Shown: positions 50,400 through 60,040, counted from the stretch's first letter. The stretch: 64,000 bases of DNA from Candidatus Omnitrophota bacterium (GCA_013287965.1 JABDCU010000004.1:13503-77502); one strand, 5' to 3'. Program-made: numbers and translations. The notes: a model not told the origin generated them from the letters alone.

Positions 50400-51420
50400 A
50401 AATATTCTTCACGTACGGCGGATGAATGATCCCATGCTCCGTCACGATACCTGTGATCAATTTTGCCGGCGTCACGTCAAAAGCGGGATTATAGACCTTA
50501 ACACCTTTAGCAGCAATCCGCACACCTGCAAAATGGGTGACCTCATCACTCTTGCGCTCTTCAATCGGGATCTGCTTGCCGGATTTAATTTTCAGATCAA
50601 AAGTTGAACGCGGAGCAACGATATAAAAAGGAATACTGTGATGACGAGCCAGCACAGCCAACATATAGGTACCGATCTTATTGGCGGTGTCGCCATTAGA
50701 GGCGATGCGGTCAGCGCCGGTGAAAATAATATCTACCTGTCCCTTGGCCATCAAGGAAGCGGCCATGTTATCGCAAATAAGGGTGGTATTGATTTTCTGA
50801 CGGAGAAGCTCCCAGCACGTCAGTCTCGCTCCCTGCAATAAAGGACGGGTTTCACAAGAATAAACGCTGAATTTCTTACCCTGCCGCTTGGCACTGTAAA
50901 AAACCCCTAAGGCCGTGCCATAATCCACCGTGGCCAGGGCCCCGGCATTGCATACGGTCAAGGCCTTCATGCCGTTCTTGATGAGTTTAGCGCCATGGTC
51001 CCCCATGGTGCGGCAGACTTTTTGGTCTTCTTTAAATATTTCCATCGCGCGTTTGTGCAATAACTTCTTTAATGCAGGCACATCTGCTTTAGGGTTTTCG
51101 GCAACAACGGCGCGCATTTCATTGAGCATATTAAAAAGATTTACTGCGGTCGGTCGGGACGTAGCTAGATAATCGCAGGTCTTATTGAAAAGTTTCAAGA
51201 ACTTAGGTTTATCCTGGCCTTTAAATTTCTGAATGCCCAAAAGCACACCAAAAGCCGCGGCCACACCAATGGCCGGAGCTCCGCGCACGGACAAACGCTT
51301 GATCGCCTGCCACATCGTTGCTACATCACGGCAGTAGATATATTCAAATTTATTGGGAAGCTTGGTTTGATCTATGATCCGCGCACAACCACTCACCCAT
51401 TTGATGGTTTCAATGGCCAT
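50377..51420 (-). CDS. mtnA: S-methyl-5-thioribose-1-phosphate isomerase (eIF-2B alpha/beta/delta family)
   Basis: Motifs VRGAPAIGVAAA, TSRPTAVNL, CNAGALAT and GADRIA.NGD.ANKIGTY. Confidence 0.85.
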   Translation of the reverse strand: MAIETIKWVSGCARIIDQTKLPNKFEYIYCRDVATMWQAIKRLSVRGAPAIGVAAAFGVLLGIQKFKGQDKPKFLKLFNKTCDYLATSRPTAVNLFNMLNEMRAVVAENPKADVPALKKLLHKRAMEIFKEDQKVCRTMGDHGAKLIKNGMKALTVCNAGALATVDYGTALGVFYSAKRQGKKFSVYSCETRPLLQGARLTCWELLRQKINTTLICDNMAASLMAKGQVDIIFTGADRIASNGDTANKIGTYMLAVLARHHSIPFYIVAPRSTFDLKIKSGKQIPIEERKSDEVTHFAGVRIAAKGVKVYNPAFDVTPAKLITGIVTEHGIIHPPYVKNIYENLPTR

Positions 51421-52922
51421 CAGGCTTTCTCCACTTCAATCCGGGGAAACAGTGCTGGATGTGCTCTCAAAACAGCGCCAGGTATTAATTGGCCCCAGAC
51501 AGGCTTGGTGTTCGCTGCGCCTAAAATATCCAACACTTCAGCAGTTTTCTCGGGCATGACCGGAGCCAAAAGGATCGTCGCTATACGCAAACCTTCTGCC
51601 GCGGTATACAAAACACGGTTCGCGGCTTTCATGTCTGTTTTAGCTAATTTCCAGGGCGCCTGAGCTTCCATATATTTATTAAGCACATCCACAAATGCCA
51701 AAACAGATGTCACTGCTTCCTGCACCTTATAGTCATTGATCAAATCCTTGACCCGGCCAGGCAAGGCATTGGCCTGTTGCTTAATATCTTCTTCAACGGT
51801 GGTCAAGGTGCCAGGCTCCGGGATTTGGCCATTATGATTTTTTTGGATCAGGCCGCTGACACGGTTGAGCAAATTGCCGAAATCATTGGCCAAATCGCTG
51901 TTATAGCATTTGATAAATGATTCGAGCGTAAAATTAGCGTCAAGTCCCAAGACCATTTCACGCATCAAATAAAACCGCACGGCATCCACCCCATAATCCG
52001 CGATCAGATCCAGGGGATTGACTACGTTCCCTAAGGACTTGCTCATCTTGGTCTCACCGATAAGCCACCAACCGTGGGCAAAGATGGTTTTAGGAAGCTC
52101 CAAGCCCAGAGAAAAAAGCATGGTGGTCCAGTAAACGCAATGGGTGGTCAGGATGTCCTTGCCGATCAAATGCACATCCGCCGGCCACCATTTCTTGAAC
52201 TTTTTATCGTCGCTGCCGTAGCCAGGAACGGAAATATAATTGACCAACGCGTCAAACCAGACATAGGTCACATAATCATGGTCAAAGGGAATTTCAATGC
52301 CCCAATCCATGCGAGCTTTGGGGCGGGAAATGCACAGGTCTCCCAACGGCTGGCGCAGGAAGCCCAACATTTCATTCTTACGGTGTTCAGGACGGATAAA
52401 ATCCGGATGTGCCTGGATATAATCAATGAGCTTTTGCTGATACTTGCTCATCTTGAAGAAATAATTCTTTTCTTTGAGTTTTTTAACGTCGCGGAATTGG
52501 CCTGATCCGTATTCAGTATCCGTGATGAAGCGTTCTTCTGCCACTGAATACCAGCCCTCGTATTCGTCCGTATAAATGTCCCCGTTCTCTTTGACCTGCT
52601 GCAAAACAAATTGGACTATTTTCTTGTGACGCGGCTCGGTAGTACGGATAAAATCATCATACTGGATGTCCAGGGTCTTCCATAAATTAAGGAACCTGGG
52701 GGCCAAGTCATCCGCATGCGCCTGGGGCGAAAGACCGCGTTTCTCCGCCGCCTGCTTGACCTTTTGGCCATGCTCATCCAGGCCGGTCAGGAAAAACACC
52801 TCATCACCATTGGCACGGTGGTAACGGCTTAAAACATCGGCGAGAATGGTCGTATACGCATGCCCGATATGCGGGGCATCGTTGACGTAGAAGATGGGAG
52901 TCGAGACGAAGAATTTACTCAT
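51420..52922 (-). CDS. metG: methionine--tRNA ligase (short form)
   Basis: HIGH motif (PHIGHAYT), the KMSKS motif, and an anticodon-binding helical domain. Confidence 0.9.
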   Translation of the reverse strand: MSKFFVSTPIFYVNDAPHIGHAYTTILADVLSRYHRANGDEVFFLTGLDEHGQKVKQAAEKRGLSPQAHADDLAPRFLNLWKTLDIQYDDFIRTTEPRHKKIVQFVLQQVKENGDIYTDEYEGWYSVAEERFITDTEYGSGQFRDVKKLKEKNYFFKMSKYQQKLIDYIQAHPDFIRPEHRKNEMLGFLRQPLGDLCISRPKARMDWGIEIPFDHDYVTYVWFDALVNYISVPGYGSDDKKFKKWWPADVHLIGKDILTTHCVYWTTMLFSLGLELPKTIFAHGWWLIGETKMSKSLGNVVNPLDLIADYGVDAVRFYLMREMVLGLDANFTLESFIKCYNSDLANDFGNLLNRVSGLIQKNHNGQIPEPGTLTTVEEDIKQQANALPGRVKDLINDYKVQEAVTSVLAFVDVLNKYMEAQAPWKLAKTDMKAANRVLYTAAEGLRIATILLAPVMPEKTAEVLDILGAANTKPVWGQLIPGAVLRAHPALFPRIEVEKA

Positions 52923-52930
52923 GATTGAAT

Positions 52931-53731
52931 TTAATTCGGATTTCCCAGCGGATATTCGACCTTGACCATCTTGCCATCCCCCAAATCCACGGTCACATAA
53001 TGCTTGAGAATATCCATCGCAATGACCCTGCCCTGTTCCCCCTCAGGGGTCTTGACCTTGGCCCCTAATTTCGGCAGGCTCCTGGAAAATTCACGGTAAA
53101 CCTGGTACTCATACGCCATGCAGCACTTGACCCGCCCGCAAACACCGGAGATCTTTTGGGGATTAAGCGGCAGGCCCTGGTCCTTGGCCATTTTAATGGA
53201 TAAGGGGTGAAAATCTTTCATATAAGAAGAGCAGCATAATTCCCTGCCGCAAACGCCATAACCGCCGACGATCTTGGCCTTATCACGGACACCGATCTGC
53301 TTGAGCTCAATGCGCACGCGCAGTATCTTGGCCAGGTCTTTGACCAGGCTACGGAAATCCACCCGGCCTTCGGCCGTGAAAAAGATCAGTATCTTGGTGG
53401 CGTCAAAAGAATATTCCGCCTGGACTAACTGCATGTCCATTTTACTTTCCTCAACCTTGGTCTTGCAGGTCTTCAACGATTCAACGGACTTTATTTCATT
53501 ATTGACCACCTGCCGTAAATCCCCGTCGCTGGCTAAACGCACGATCTTGCCGGCGGCAGCCTCGGTCTTGCCTGTGCAAACCTTGTCCGTGTCCGAGATG
53601 ACCTTGCCGAATTCCAAATTCCTCTCCACCTCCAGGATCACCAGGTCATGGCGATGGACTGCCACGGTAGCAGCATCCACCCAGATCACCGGGCGGTATT
53701 CCCCTAATTTAACCTGCACTAATAGTCCCAT
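52931..53731 (-). CDS. PSP1 domain protein (RicT/YaaT-like)
   Basis: PSP1 C-terminal pattern with a Cys cluster (GVCGRELCCSSY...CGRVKCCMAYE). The position upstream of holB/tmk matches yaaT. Confidence 0.8.
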   Translation of the reverse strand: MGLLVQVKLGEYRPVIWVDAATVAVHRHDLVILEVERNLEFGKVISDTDKVCTGKTEAAAGKIVRLASDGDLRQVVNNEIKSVESLKTCKTKVEESKMDMQLVQAEYSFDATKILIFFTAEGRVDFRSLVKDLAKILRVRIELKQIGVRDKAKIVGGYGVCGRELCCSSYMKDFHPLSIKMAKDQGLPLNPQKISGVCGRVKCCMAYEYQVYREFSRSLPKLGAKVKTPEGEQGRVIAMDILKHYVTVDLGDGKMVKVEYPLGNPN

Positions 53732-54561
53732 ATATGTTCCCTCAATAGCCCTAAGGACATTTTGACATTCAGCTTTTCGTCCACGAGCCCTTTTGTCCGC
53801 ACGATCTGCCGCATGATCAGGTCCAAATCTTCAAACCTGCGTGCGGCAAATTTCTCCGCCTCTTTTAAACAGTCCTGATGGACCAATGCCGCCTTAGAAA
53901 CCCCGCTTTTCAACAAAAGCACGTCCCTGAAAAAACTCAATAAGAGCCGCAAGGCTTTGGATGTCTCTTGCGGGTCTGTTGACAACTCTTTAAGAAATGC
54001 ATCATTATTACGGTTTAAAATCATCTCATCAAAAACCTTACGGTCAAATGGAATGATCTCCTTTTTAAGAAAGAATTTGACGACGTGGCAGCGGGACTTG
54101 ATCGTATCCAGGCTGTCCTCGGGCACGCTCGTCGTTAAGATCATCAAGGTATTGGGTGCCGGCTCCTCTAATGTCTTAAGAAGCGCATTGGCCGCCTCCG
54201 GGGTCATCAGCTCAATGTTACGGATAATGAATACCTTGGTCTTGCCCTCATAGGCCATCAGCTGGGCCCGGCTTAAAAGAAAACGGATATCCTCGATCTT
54301 GATACTGTCCATTTCATCGTTGCCAATCGCATGCACGTCAGGATGATTGCCTGAAGCGATCTTACGGCAAGAGGCGCATTCACCGCAGGGCTTGACCGCG
54401 GCACTTTCACAATTAACCAATTGAGCCAGGGCCCAAGCTGTCTGGGTCTTGGCCGTTCCCTGCGGCCCAGCCAGCAAATAAGCGTGCGCCAGACGATGAT
54501 TGGCTGTAAGCCTTCTGAAACGCTCCATGACAGCGACATTAATTTGTGCTGAATTTATCAT
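53719..54561 (-). CDS. holB: DNA polymerase III delta' subunit
   Basis: RLAHAYLLAGPQGTAKT, the Zn module C..C..C..C, and TLEEP. Confidence 0.8.
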   Translation of the reverse strand: MINSAQINVAVMERFRRLTANHRLAHAYLLAGPQGTAKTQTAWALAQLVNCESAAVKPCGECASCRKIASGNHPDVHAIGNDEMDSIKIEDIRFLLSRAQLMAYEGKTKVFIIRNIELMTPEAANALLKTLEEPAPNTLMILTTSVPEDSLDTIKSRCHVVKFFLKKEIIPFDRKVFDEMILNRNNDAFLKELSTDPQETSKALRLLLSFFRDVLLLKSGVSKAALVHQDCLKEAEKFAARRFEDLDLIMRQIVRTKGLVDEKLNVKMSLGLLREHIWDY

Positions 54562-55181
54562 AAGCCTAATAAAGCGTCGATATATAGTTTGACCTTTTTA
54601 AAAATTTCTTCCTTGTCCGCGTCCACTTTAATGACCTTGATGCGCGCAGGGTATTGCTTACTTAAGTCCAAATACCCATGGCGGACCCGCTTATGATACT
54701 CCAAAGACCGGGATTCAATGCGGTCTTTTTTGTCTCCGGCGCGGCTTAAGCCTTTTTCCGGCGGAATATCAAAAAGTACGGTCAGATCAGGAGAAAGTCC
54801 TTTAGTCGCGAACAGACCTAATTGCTCAATGGTTTTAATGTCAATGCCGTTGCCATAGCCCTGATAGGCGATGGTTGAATCCAAAAAGCGGTCGCACAAG
54901 ATGATCTGTCCTTTTTTTAATTGCGGCTCCAGCACTTCCTTGACCATCTGGGCGCGCGCCGCCATATAAAGCAGGGTTTCGCACTCATCCCCCATGCCGG
55001 TATTGTTCACATCAAGCAGGAGTTTGCGGATATTTTCCGATATCTTGACCCCGCCCGGCTCGCGCAAAAGCGTTACCGGCATTTTCTTGGATTTCAAATA
55101 ATCAAGCACCAGCGCTGCCTGCGTGCTTTTGCCGGAGCCTTCGGAACCTTCGAATGTAATGAATTTACCAGTCATAAGCAA
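54558..55181 (-). CDS. tmk: thymidylate kinase
   Basis: P-loop FITFEGSEGSGKSTQ, the DRF motif (CDRFLDS), and a LID region. Confidence 0.9.
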   Translation of the reverse strand: MLMTGKFITFEGSEGSGKSTQAALVLDYLKSKKMPVTLLREPGGVKISENIRKLLLDVNNTGMGDECETLLYMAARAQMVKEVLEPQLKKGQIILCDRFLDSTIAYQGYGNGIDIKTIEQLGLFATKGLSPDLTVLFDIPPEKGLSRAGDKKDRIESRSLEYHKRVRHGYLDLSKQYPARIKVIKVDADKEEIFKKVKLYIDALLGL

Positions 55182-55189
55182 AATAAATA

Positions 55190-55217
55190 TTGATTAATTA
55201 TCAATAAATGTTATAAT
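55190..55217 (+). promoter_or_regulatory. sigma70-like promoter for tRNA-Val (TTGATT-16 nt-TATAAT)
   Basis: The hexamers are at 55190..55195 and 55212..55217, 17 nt upstream of the tRNA 5' end. Confidence 0.5.
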
Positions 55218-55233
55218 TATACAACAATTTGAC

Positions 55234-55309
55234 GCCCCAGTAGCATAATCTGGATCAATGCTTTCCCTTCACGAAGGAAATGATGTGGGTTCGAATCCCG
55301 CCTGGGGCG
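55234..55309 (+). tRNA. tRNA-Val (anticodon CAC)
   Basis: Manual fold. Acceptor GCCCCAG/CTGGGGC, D-arm GCAT/ATGC with GG in the loop, anticodon stem TTCCC/AGGAA (one C-A mismatch). The anticodon loop is TTCACGA. T-arm GTGGG-TTCGAAT-CCCGC, discriminator G. No encoded CCA. Confidence 0.8.
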
Positions 55310-55315
55310 TTAAAG

Positions 55316-55362
55316 GCCTTAAGAATGAACTAAGGGACTTTCTTAAGGCTATGTTTTCTTCT
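55316..55362 (+). terminator. hairpin GCCTTAAGAA/TTCTTAAGGC followed by a T-rich tract, downstream of tRNA-Val
   Basis: 10-bp stem (55316..55325 / 55340..55349), 14-nt loop, then TATGTTTTCTTCTT. Confidence 0.45.
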
Positions 55363-55425
55363 TGAAAAGAACACTACTTCTGATATACTTAAACTACCTT
55401 CGTGAGGAAAGTGCATTATCCAGTG

Positions 55426-55452
55426 GGCCGCGTTCATCGCGGCCTTTTTATT
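55426..55452 (+). terminator. GC-rich hairpin GGCCGCG-ttcat-CGCGGCC + TTTTTATT
   Basis: Canonical intrinsic-terminator shape on the plus strand. It lies 2 nt beyond the cysS stop, which is on the opposite strand. Confidence 0.55.
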
Positions 55453-55453
55453 G

Positions 55454-56860
55454 TCAAATCCACCGCCAGGTTTGGCCGTTCTTGCCGTCCTCGACAGCCA
55501 GGCCTTTTTCTTTCAATAAAACGCGCAGTTCATCCGAGCGTTTGAAATTCTTGAGCTCGCGCGCCTGGACACGCTCATCCAGCAGGGCCTTGAGTTCTGC
55601 TGACAACTCCTTGTCTTTCTCCTGCAGGAATAAACCAAATATATTGCGCGCCAAATTCTCCAATATGTCCACCGCGTGGTAAATGACCCCTAAATAATTC
55701 GGGTCATCACTGTTCTGGTCAATGTACAAATTAGTATCATTGATCAGGTTAAATAACGCGGCCAGGCTCTTGGGCGTATTGAAATCATCATCCATGGCCT
55801 CAATGAATTCATGCTTATATTTACTGATGAAACCCGCTTGCACGGGTTCGATATTTTTATCTTTCAAAAGGCCTGAAGCCCTGTAAAAAAGCACATCAAA
55901 TTTGCCCAGCGCCTTACGGGCTTCAAGGACCTTCTCCTCGGAAAAATCAATATCGCTGGCATAATGCGAAAACAAAAACAACATTTTGATCTCATCAGCG
56001 CTATATTTAGCTAGGGCCTGCTGGATGGTAATAAAATTACCTGATGACTTGGACATTTTCTGCCCATTAATGGTCAGCAAGCCATGATGTATCCAGTATT
56101 TCGCGAAACGCGCACCTGTGAGAGCCTCGGACTGGGCGATCTCATTTTCATGATGCGGAAAGATCAGGTCCCGCCCGCCGGCGTGGATGTCCAGGGTTTG
56201 CGTATGCAAATGTTTCATGCTCATGCATGAGCACTCAATATGCCAACCCGGACGACCGGGACCCCAAGGGCTGTCCCAAGCGGGCTCGCCTGGTTTGGAA
56301 GATTTCCATAAAACAAAATCCAGAGGGTCACGCTTTTGTGAATCTTTCTCGATGCGCACCGCCTCATGCATCTTATCAATGCTCTGGCCGGAAAGCTTGC
56401 CGTAATCCTTGAAGGCGCGCACATCAAAATACACATCTGCGCCTGGGACCGCATACGCAGCGCCTTTGTCAATGAGCCCCTGGATATGCGCGATCATGTC
56501 AAGAATATTATCCGTGGCCTTGGGCTCTGCATCACCGAGAGGAACGCCGAGGGCTTTCAAATCCTCATGATAAAACCGGATCTGCTCTTCGCTGACGTCA
56601 AGGGCGCGGCGCTTGGTCTCATTGGCCCGGTCAATGATCTTGTCATCAATATCCGTGATATTGCGGACAAAAATGACATTAAAGCCGCGGAATTTCAAAT
56701 AACGGCGGACCACGTCAAACACATACAAACTGCGCGCATGCCCGATGTGGGAGCGGTCATAGACAGTCACACCGCAGGTGTACATCTTGACATCAACACC
56801 CGAGAGGGGAACAAAGTCTTCTTTCTTCCCACTTAAAGAATTGTAAATTTGTATGGCCAT
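55454..56860 (-). CDS. cysS: cysteine--tRNA ligase
   Basis: HIGHARS and KMSKS motifs, plus a Zn-binding Cys context (MYTCGVTVYD). Confidence 0.9.
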   Translation of the reverse strand: MAIQIYNSLSGKKEDFVPLSGVDVKMYTCGVTVYDRSHIGHARSLYVFDVVRRYLKFRGFNVIFVRNITDIDDKIIDRANETKRRALDVSEEQIRFYHEDLKALGVPLGDAEPKATDNILDMIAHIQGLIDKGAAYAVPGADVYFDVRAFKDYGKLSGQSIDKMHEAVRIEKDSQKRDPLDFVLWKSSKPGEPAWDSPWGPGRPGWHIECSCMSMKHLHTQTLDIHAGGRDLIFPHHENEIAQSEALTGARFAKYWIHHGLLTINGQKMSKSSGNFITIQQALAKYSADEIKMLFLFSHYASDIDFSEEKVLEARKALGKFDVLFYRASGLLKDKNIEPVQAGFISKYKHEFIEAMDDDFNTPKSLAALFNLINDTNLYIDQNSDDPNYLGVIYHAVDILENLARNIFGLFLQEKDKELSAELKALLDERVQARELKNFKRSDELRVLLKEKGLAVEDGKNGQTWRWI

Positions 56861-56878
56861 AGATGTAGTTCAACTGCT

Positions 56879-57103
56879 GCTAACGGATAAATTTGTTGGT
56901 TCGAAGCGACTTGTCATTTTTAGTCAAAAGTTTATTGTTGTTTCGGGAATCCCGAGGCTTTTGGCCGAGGGATGTCTGAAATGTTCGAGTCCCGAAGTTC
57001 CAGAGAACTTTGGGACGAGTTTTTCAGACACCGGAACAACAGAAAAACTTTTGACGTTAAAAAAATGACCCAGGAGCGAGAAGCAATAAATTTATCCGTT
57101 AGC
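56879..57103. repeat. ~225-nt imperfect palindrome filling the cysE-cysS intergenic region
   Basis: The outer arms GCTAACGGATAAATTT (56879..56894) and AAATTTATCCGTTAGC (57088..57103) are perfect complements. Two further nested arm pairs pair imperfectly: ~56912-56945 with ~57031-57068, and 56974-57000 with 57006-57029. Confidence 0.7.
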
Positions 57104-57123
57104 GGCCTTCGACACGCGAGGCC

Positions 57124-57846
57124 TCAAATGGTAAAATCCACATCACTTTCGCCCTTAGGCGCTTCACAACCTGTTTTCTTTTCCAGTGTCTTGATACGTC
57201 CAAGCAATCTTGACATATTTTCCATGACAGGATCAGAGACATGCATATGGTCTAATTCCATGTCGATCTTGCGGCCTTCCTGTTTCGTAATGCGTCCCGG
57301 TATACCGACGACCGTGGAATTAGGCGGCACATCCTTGATCACCACCGCATTGGCCCCGATATAAGAATTATCCCCGATGGTGATATTGCCCAAGATCTTG
57401 GCCCCGGCACCAACCACCACATTACTGCCAAGGGTCGGATGGCGCTTGCCTGTTTCTTTGCCGGTACCTCCTAAAGTCACTCCCTGATATAAGAGGACAT
57501 TATCGCCGACAATGGCAGTTTCGCCGATCACAACACCCATCCCATGGTCAATAAAAAAACTCTTGCCGATCTGGGCCCCGGGATGGATCTCTATGCCCGT
57601 AAAAAAACGACCTACTTGAGAATACCAACGGGGGATAAACGGGACTTTCCATAGCCATAATTGATGGCTGATACGATAGATCACTAAGGCATGCAGGCCC
57701 GGATAAAGCAAAAGCACTTCGAAGGCGCTTTTTGCTGCCGGGTCACGGCCCTTGATGGTTTCGATCTCATCGGTAAAAATGATATAGATCGCCATGCACT
57801 TAATGGTGGCGATCAAAACAAGCAAAATAATTATAAAGGCAATCAT
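57124..57846 (-). CDS. cysE: serine O-acetyltransferase
   Basis: Motifs [21 protein letters not shown] and hexapeptide repeats ([26 protein letters not shown]). The hydrophobic N-terminal 17 aa may be an ORF-caller extension; an alternative start is MAIYII. Confidence 0.85.
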   Translation of the reverse strand: MIAFIIILLVLIATIKCMAIYIIFTDEIETIKGRDPAAKSAFEVLLLYPGLHALVIYRISHQLWLWKVPFIPRWYSQVGRFFTGIEIHPGAQIGKSFFIDHGMGVVIGETAIVGDNVLLYQGVTLGGTGKETGKRHPTLGSNVVVGAGAKILGNITIGDNSYIGANAVVIKDVPPNSTVVGIPGRITKQEGRKIDMELDHMHVSDPVMENMSRLLGRIKTLEKKTGCEAPKGESDVDFTI

Positions 57847-57855
57847 AGATCACTC

Positions 57856-58335
57856 CTATGGTTTCTTTAAAAGCACCACTGCGTAAGCCGCGATACCCTC
57901 CTGGGCACCGATAAAACCTAACCCTTCATTGGTGCCGGCCTTGATATTAACTTGGGTCTGCTCCACGTTTAAAATACGCGCAATATGATACTTCATTTTT
58001 GGCTTATATTCCTGCAATTTCGGTTCCTCGGCTAAAATGATAACGTCCAGGTTCTCAACGACCCATCCTGCCTCATGGACATTTTTCCTGACATGCTCCA
58101 GGAACAGGGAGCTGTACATGCCTTCGTATTGCGGATCAGTATCCGGAAAATGCTGCCCAATATCACCAAAGCCTGCCGCGCCCAAGATAGCATCACAGAT
58201 GGCATGCATGACCACATCCGCGTCGGAGTGGCCGTCAAGCCCATGGGTGTGCGGCACTTCAATGCCTCCCAGCATCAGCTTGCGGCCCACCACCAACCGG
58301 TGCACATCATGACCTATGCCTACTCTGTAACTCAT
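57856..58335 (-). CDS. ispF: 2-C-methyl-D-erythritol 2,4-cyclodiphosphate synthase
   Basis: Motifs IGHDVHRL, GHSDADV and HAICDAILGA. Confidence 0.9.
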   Translation of the reverse strand: MSYRVGIGHDVHRLVVGRKLMLGGIEVPHTHGLDGHSDADVVMHAICDAILGAAGFGDIGQHFPDTDPQYEGMYSSLFLEHVRKNVHEAGWVVENLDVIILAEEPKLQEYKPKMKYHIARILNVEQTQVNIKAGTNEGLGFIGAQEGIAAYAVVLLKKP

Positions 58336-59009
58336 TTTACTCCTGTCAGCATTTGCCGCGCTAAAATGATGTCTTCGGGTGTCGTGACCTTGATATTGCG
58401 ATAATTACCCATGACAACCTTGACCTTGTCCCCCATGCGCTCAACTATCATGGCATCATCAGTTGCTTCGTCTTTAAATTTTCGGGCATGCGCTTTGACT
58501 AAAAGATCTTTATGAAATCCTTGCGGCGTTTGTGCTTCCCATAACAGATCCCGCGCCGGAGTTTCTTGAATATTTAACGTTTTACGATCGACTTTTTTAA
58601 CCGTAAATTTGACCGGCACACCGACGATAGCTGCTTTATTCTTCTTTAATGAAACAAGCAGACGATCAATGGAGGCACGATCAATAAACGGCCTGGCAGC
58701 ATCATGCACCAAGACGGTCTTGGTATCGGGCGACAGCGCTGTCAGGCCACACTTGACTGAATCCGAACGTTTGAGCCCGCCCGGCACCACTGCGCGTACT
58801 TTTTTAAACGGGCGCGTGAAACGGATAAATTGAGACAAAAACCCGGCAGCCCCGACCACCACCACCCCATCAATGCCGGGATGCGCTTCAAAAACTTTCA
58901 AAGAATAAGTAATTAAAAGTTTACCTTTAAGCAAAACCAGGGCTTTAGGGACCTTCGCTTTCAAACGCTTGCCAGCACCAGCAGCGACTATAATAACTTC
59001 TGTCTTCAT
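58332..59009 (-). CDS. ispD: 2-C-methyl-D-erythritol 4-phosphate cytidylyltransferase
   Basis: VIIVAAGAGKRL and VLVHDAARPF. The start is set at MKTEVII. The ORF-track extension MVSFPRKRESRNGI is just the translated REP hairpin. Confidence 0.85.
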   Translation of the reverse strand: MKTEVIIVAAGAGKRLKAKVPKALVLLKGKLLITYSLKVFEAHPGIDGVVVVGAAGFLSQFIRFTRPFKKVRAVVPGGLKRSDSVKCGLTALSPDTKTVLVHDAARPFIDRASIDRLLVSLKKNKAAIVGVPVKFTVKKVDRKTLNIQETPARDLLWEAQTPQGFHKDLLVKAHARKFKDEATDDAMIVERMGDKVKVVMGNYRNIKVTTPEDIILARQMLTGVK

Positions 59010-59021
59010 TATCCCGTTTCT

Positions 59022-59047
59022 GGATTCCCGCTTTCGCGGGAATGACA
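59022..59047. repeat. 26-nt REP-like hairpin directly upstream of ispD
   Basis: Sequence GGATTCCCGCTTTCGCGGGAATGACA. Confidence 0.85.
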
Positions 59048-59056
59048 CCAAAAAAA

Positions 59057-60040
59057 TTATTGCCGTTCCATTTTCGCAAAGATCATGCGGCCGGCCTGGG
59101 TTTGCAGGGCCGAGGTCACATAAACCTTGACGGTCTGGCCCAAACCTCTACGACCGTCGCTGACAACAACCATGGTCCCGTCTTCCAGATAGCCGATGGC
59201 CTGGTTGGCCTCTTTGCCTTCCTTTAAAAGCTTGATCTCCAATTCCTCGCCGGTAAACACCACCGGCTTGACCGCGTTGACCAGGTCATTGATGTTAAGC
59301 ATTTCAATGCCCTGGAGTGACGCAATGCGGCTTAAATTAAAATCCGTCGTGCAAATGCGGGCATCCATGAGCTTGGAGAGCTTGACTAATTTCAAATCCA
59401 CGGCCTCAGGGCCGGTCAGATCATCTTCATGGATGCGCACATCCGCTGCTACGTCTTTTTGCATCGTTTTTAATATGTCCATGCCGCGGCGTCCGCGCTG
59501 GCGCTTGGTATCATCTTCGGAATCCGCCAGGCGCTGTAATTCATGCAAAACAAAACGAGGTACCACCAAACGGCCGCCTAAGAAACCGGTCTTAAAAATA
59601 TCACTGACACGCCCGTCGATAATGGCACTTGTGTCCAAAAGCACGACACCGTCTTTGACATCCTGCCGTTTAAAACGCACATAAGGGATGATCAGATTGA
59701 ACTCATCCTTGCCGCGCAGCGCCATCACCGCACCCAGATAAGAAAAGACCAGGGTCAGCACCACCCTCAAGATGGGTTTAAGCACATCCCCCAAAGGCAT
59801 CAGTGAAAGGATGTCTGAAACTAAATTCGCCATGAAGATCCCCAGCAAGAGGCCGAAGACCATGCTGGTCAGCCCGCGCACCGACACCTGCTTCAGGTTG
59901 GCTTCAATAACAATTAATAGCGCTCCGCCCGCCACACAGGCAAAGACGCCCGGAAGGGGAGCCCGATTGATAGCTCCAATTTGATAACCAATAATAGCGC
60001 TGATGATCAAGAAAAAAATACGGATGAATAATAACGTCAT
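59057..60040 (-). CDS. PIN/TRAM domain membrane protein (YacL-like)
   Basis: Four N-terminal TM segments, a PIN domain (VLLDTSAIIDGR), and a C-terminal TRAM-like beta domain. Position next to radA and ispD. Confidence 0.75.
   Translation of the reverse strand: MTLLFIRIFFLIISAIIGYQIGAINRAPLPGVFACVAGGALLIVIEANLKQVSVRGLTSMVFGLLLGIFMANLVSDILSLMPLGDVLKPILRVVLTLVFSYLGAVMALRGKDEFNLIIPYVRFKRQDVKDGVVLLDTSAIIDGRVSDIFKTGFLGGRLVVPRFVLHELQRLADSEDDTKRQRGRRGMDILKTMQKDVAADVRIHEDDLTGPEAVDLKLVKLSKLMDARICTTDFNLSRIASLQGIEMLNINDLVNAVKPVVFTGEELEIKLLKEGKEANQAIGYLEDGTMVVVSDGRRGLGQTVKVYVTSALQTQAGRMIFAKMERQ

Noticed and set aside
56861-57123. Possible Cys T-box or other riboswitch leader upstream of cysS
   Set aside because: On the coding (minus) strand I could not find the conserved T-box sequence, a specifier-loop layout, or a terminator/antiterminator alternative. 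The region is instead one long symmetric palindrome, and is reported as such.
8483-59047. Whether the recurring GGATTCCCGC...GCGGGAATGACA hairpins could be a CRISPR array
   Set aside because: The copies are scattered over 50 kb and are not regularly spaced. They are individually palindromic, they lie inside genes, and no cas genes are present. A REP/MITE-like interpretation fits better.
59010-59051. N-terminal extension of ispD (MVSFPRKRESRNGI) given by the ORF track
   Set aside because: The extension is simply the translated REP hairpin. The conserved IspD N-terminus begins at MKTEVIIVAAGAGKRL.
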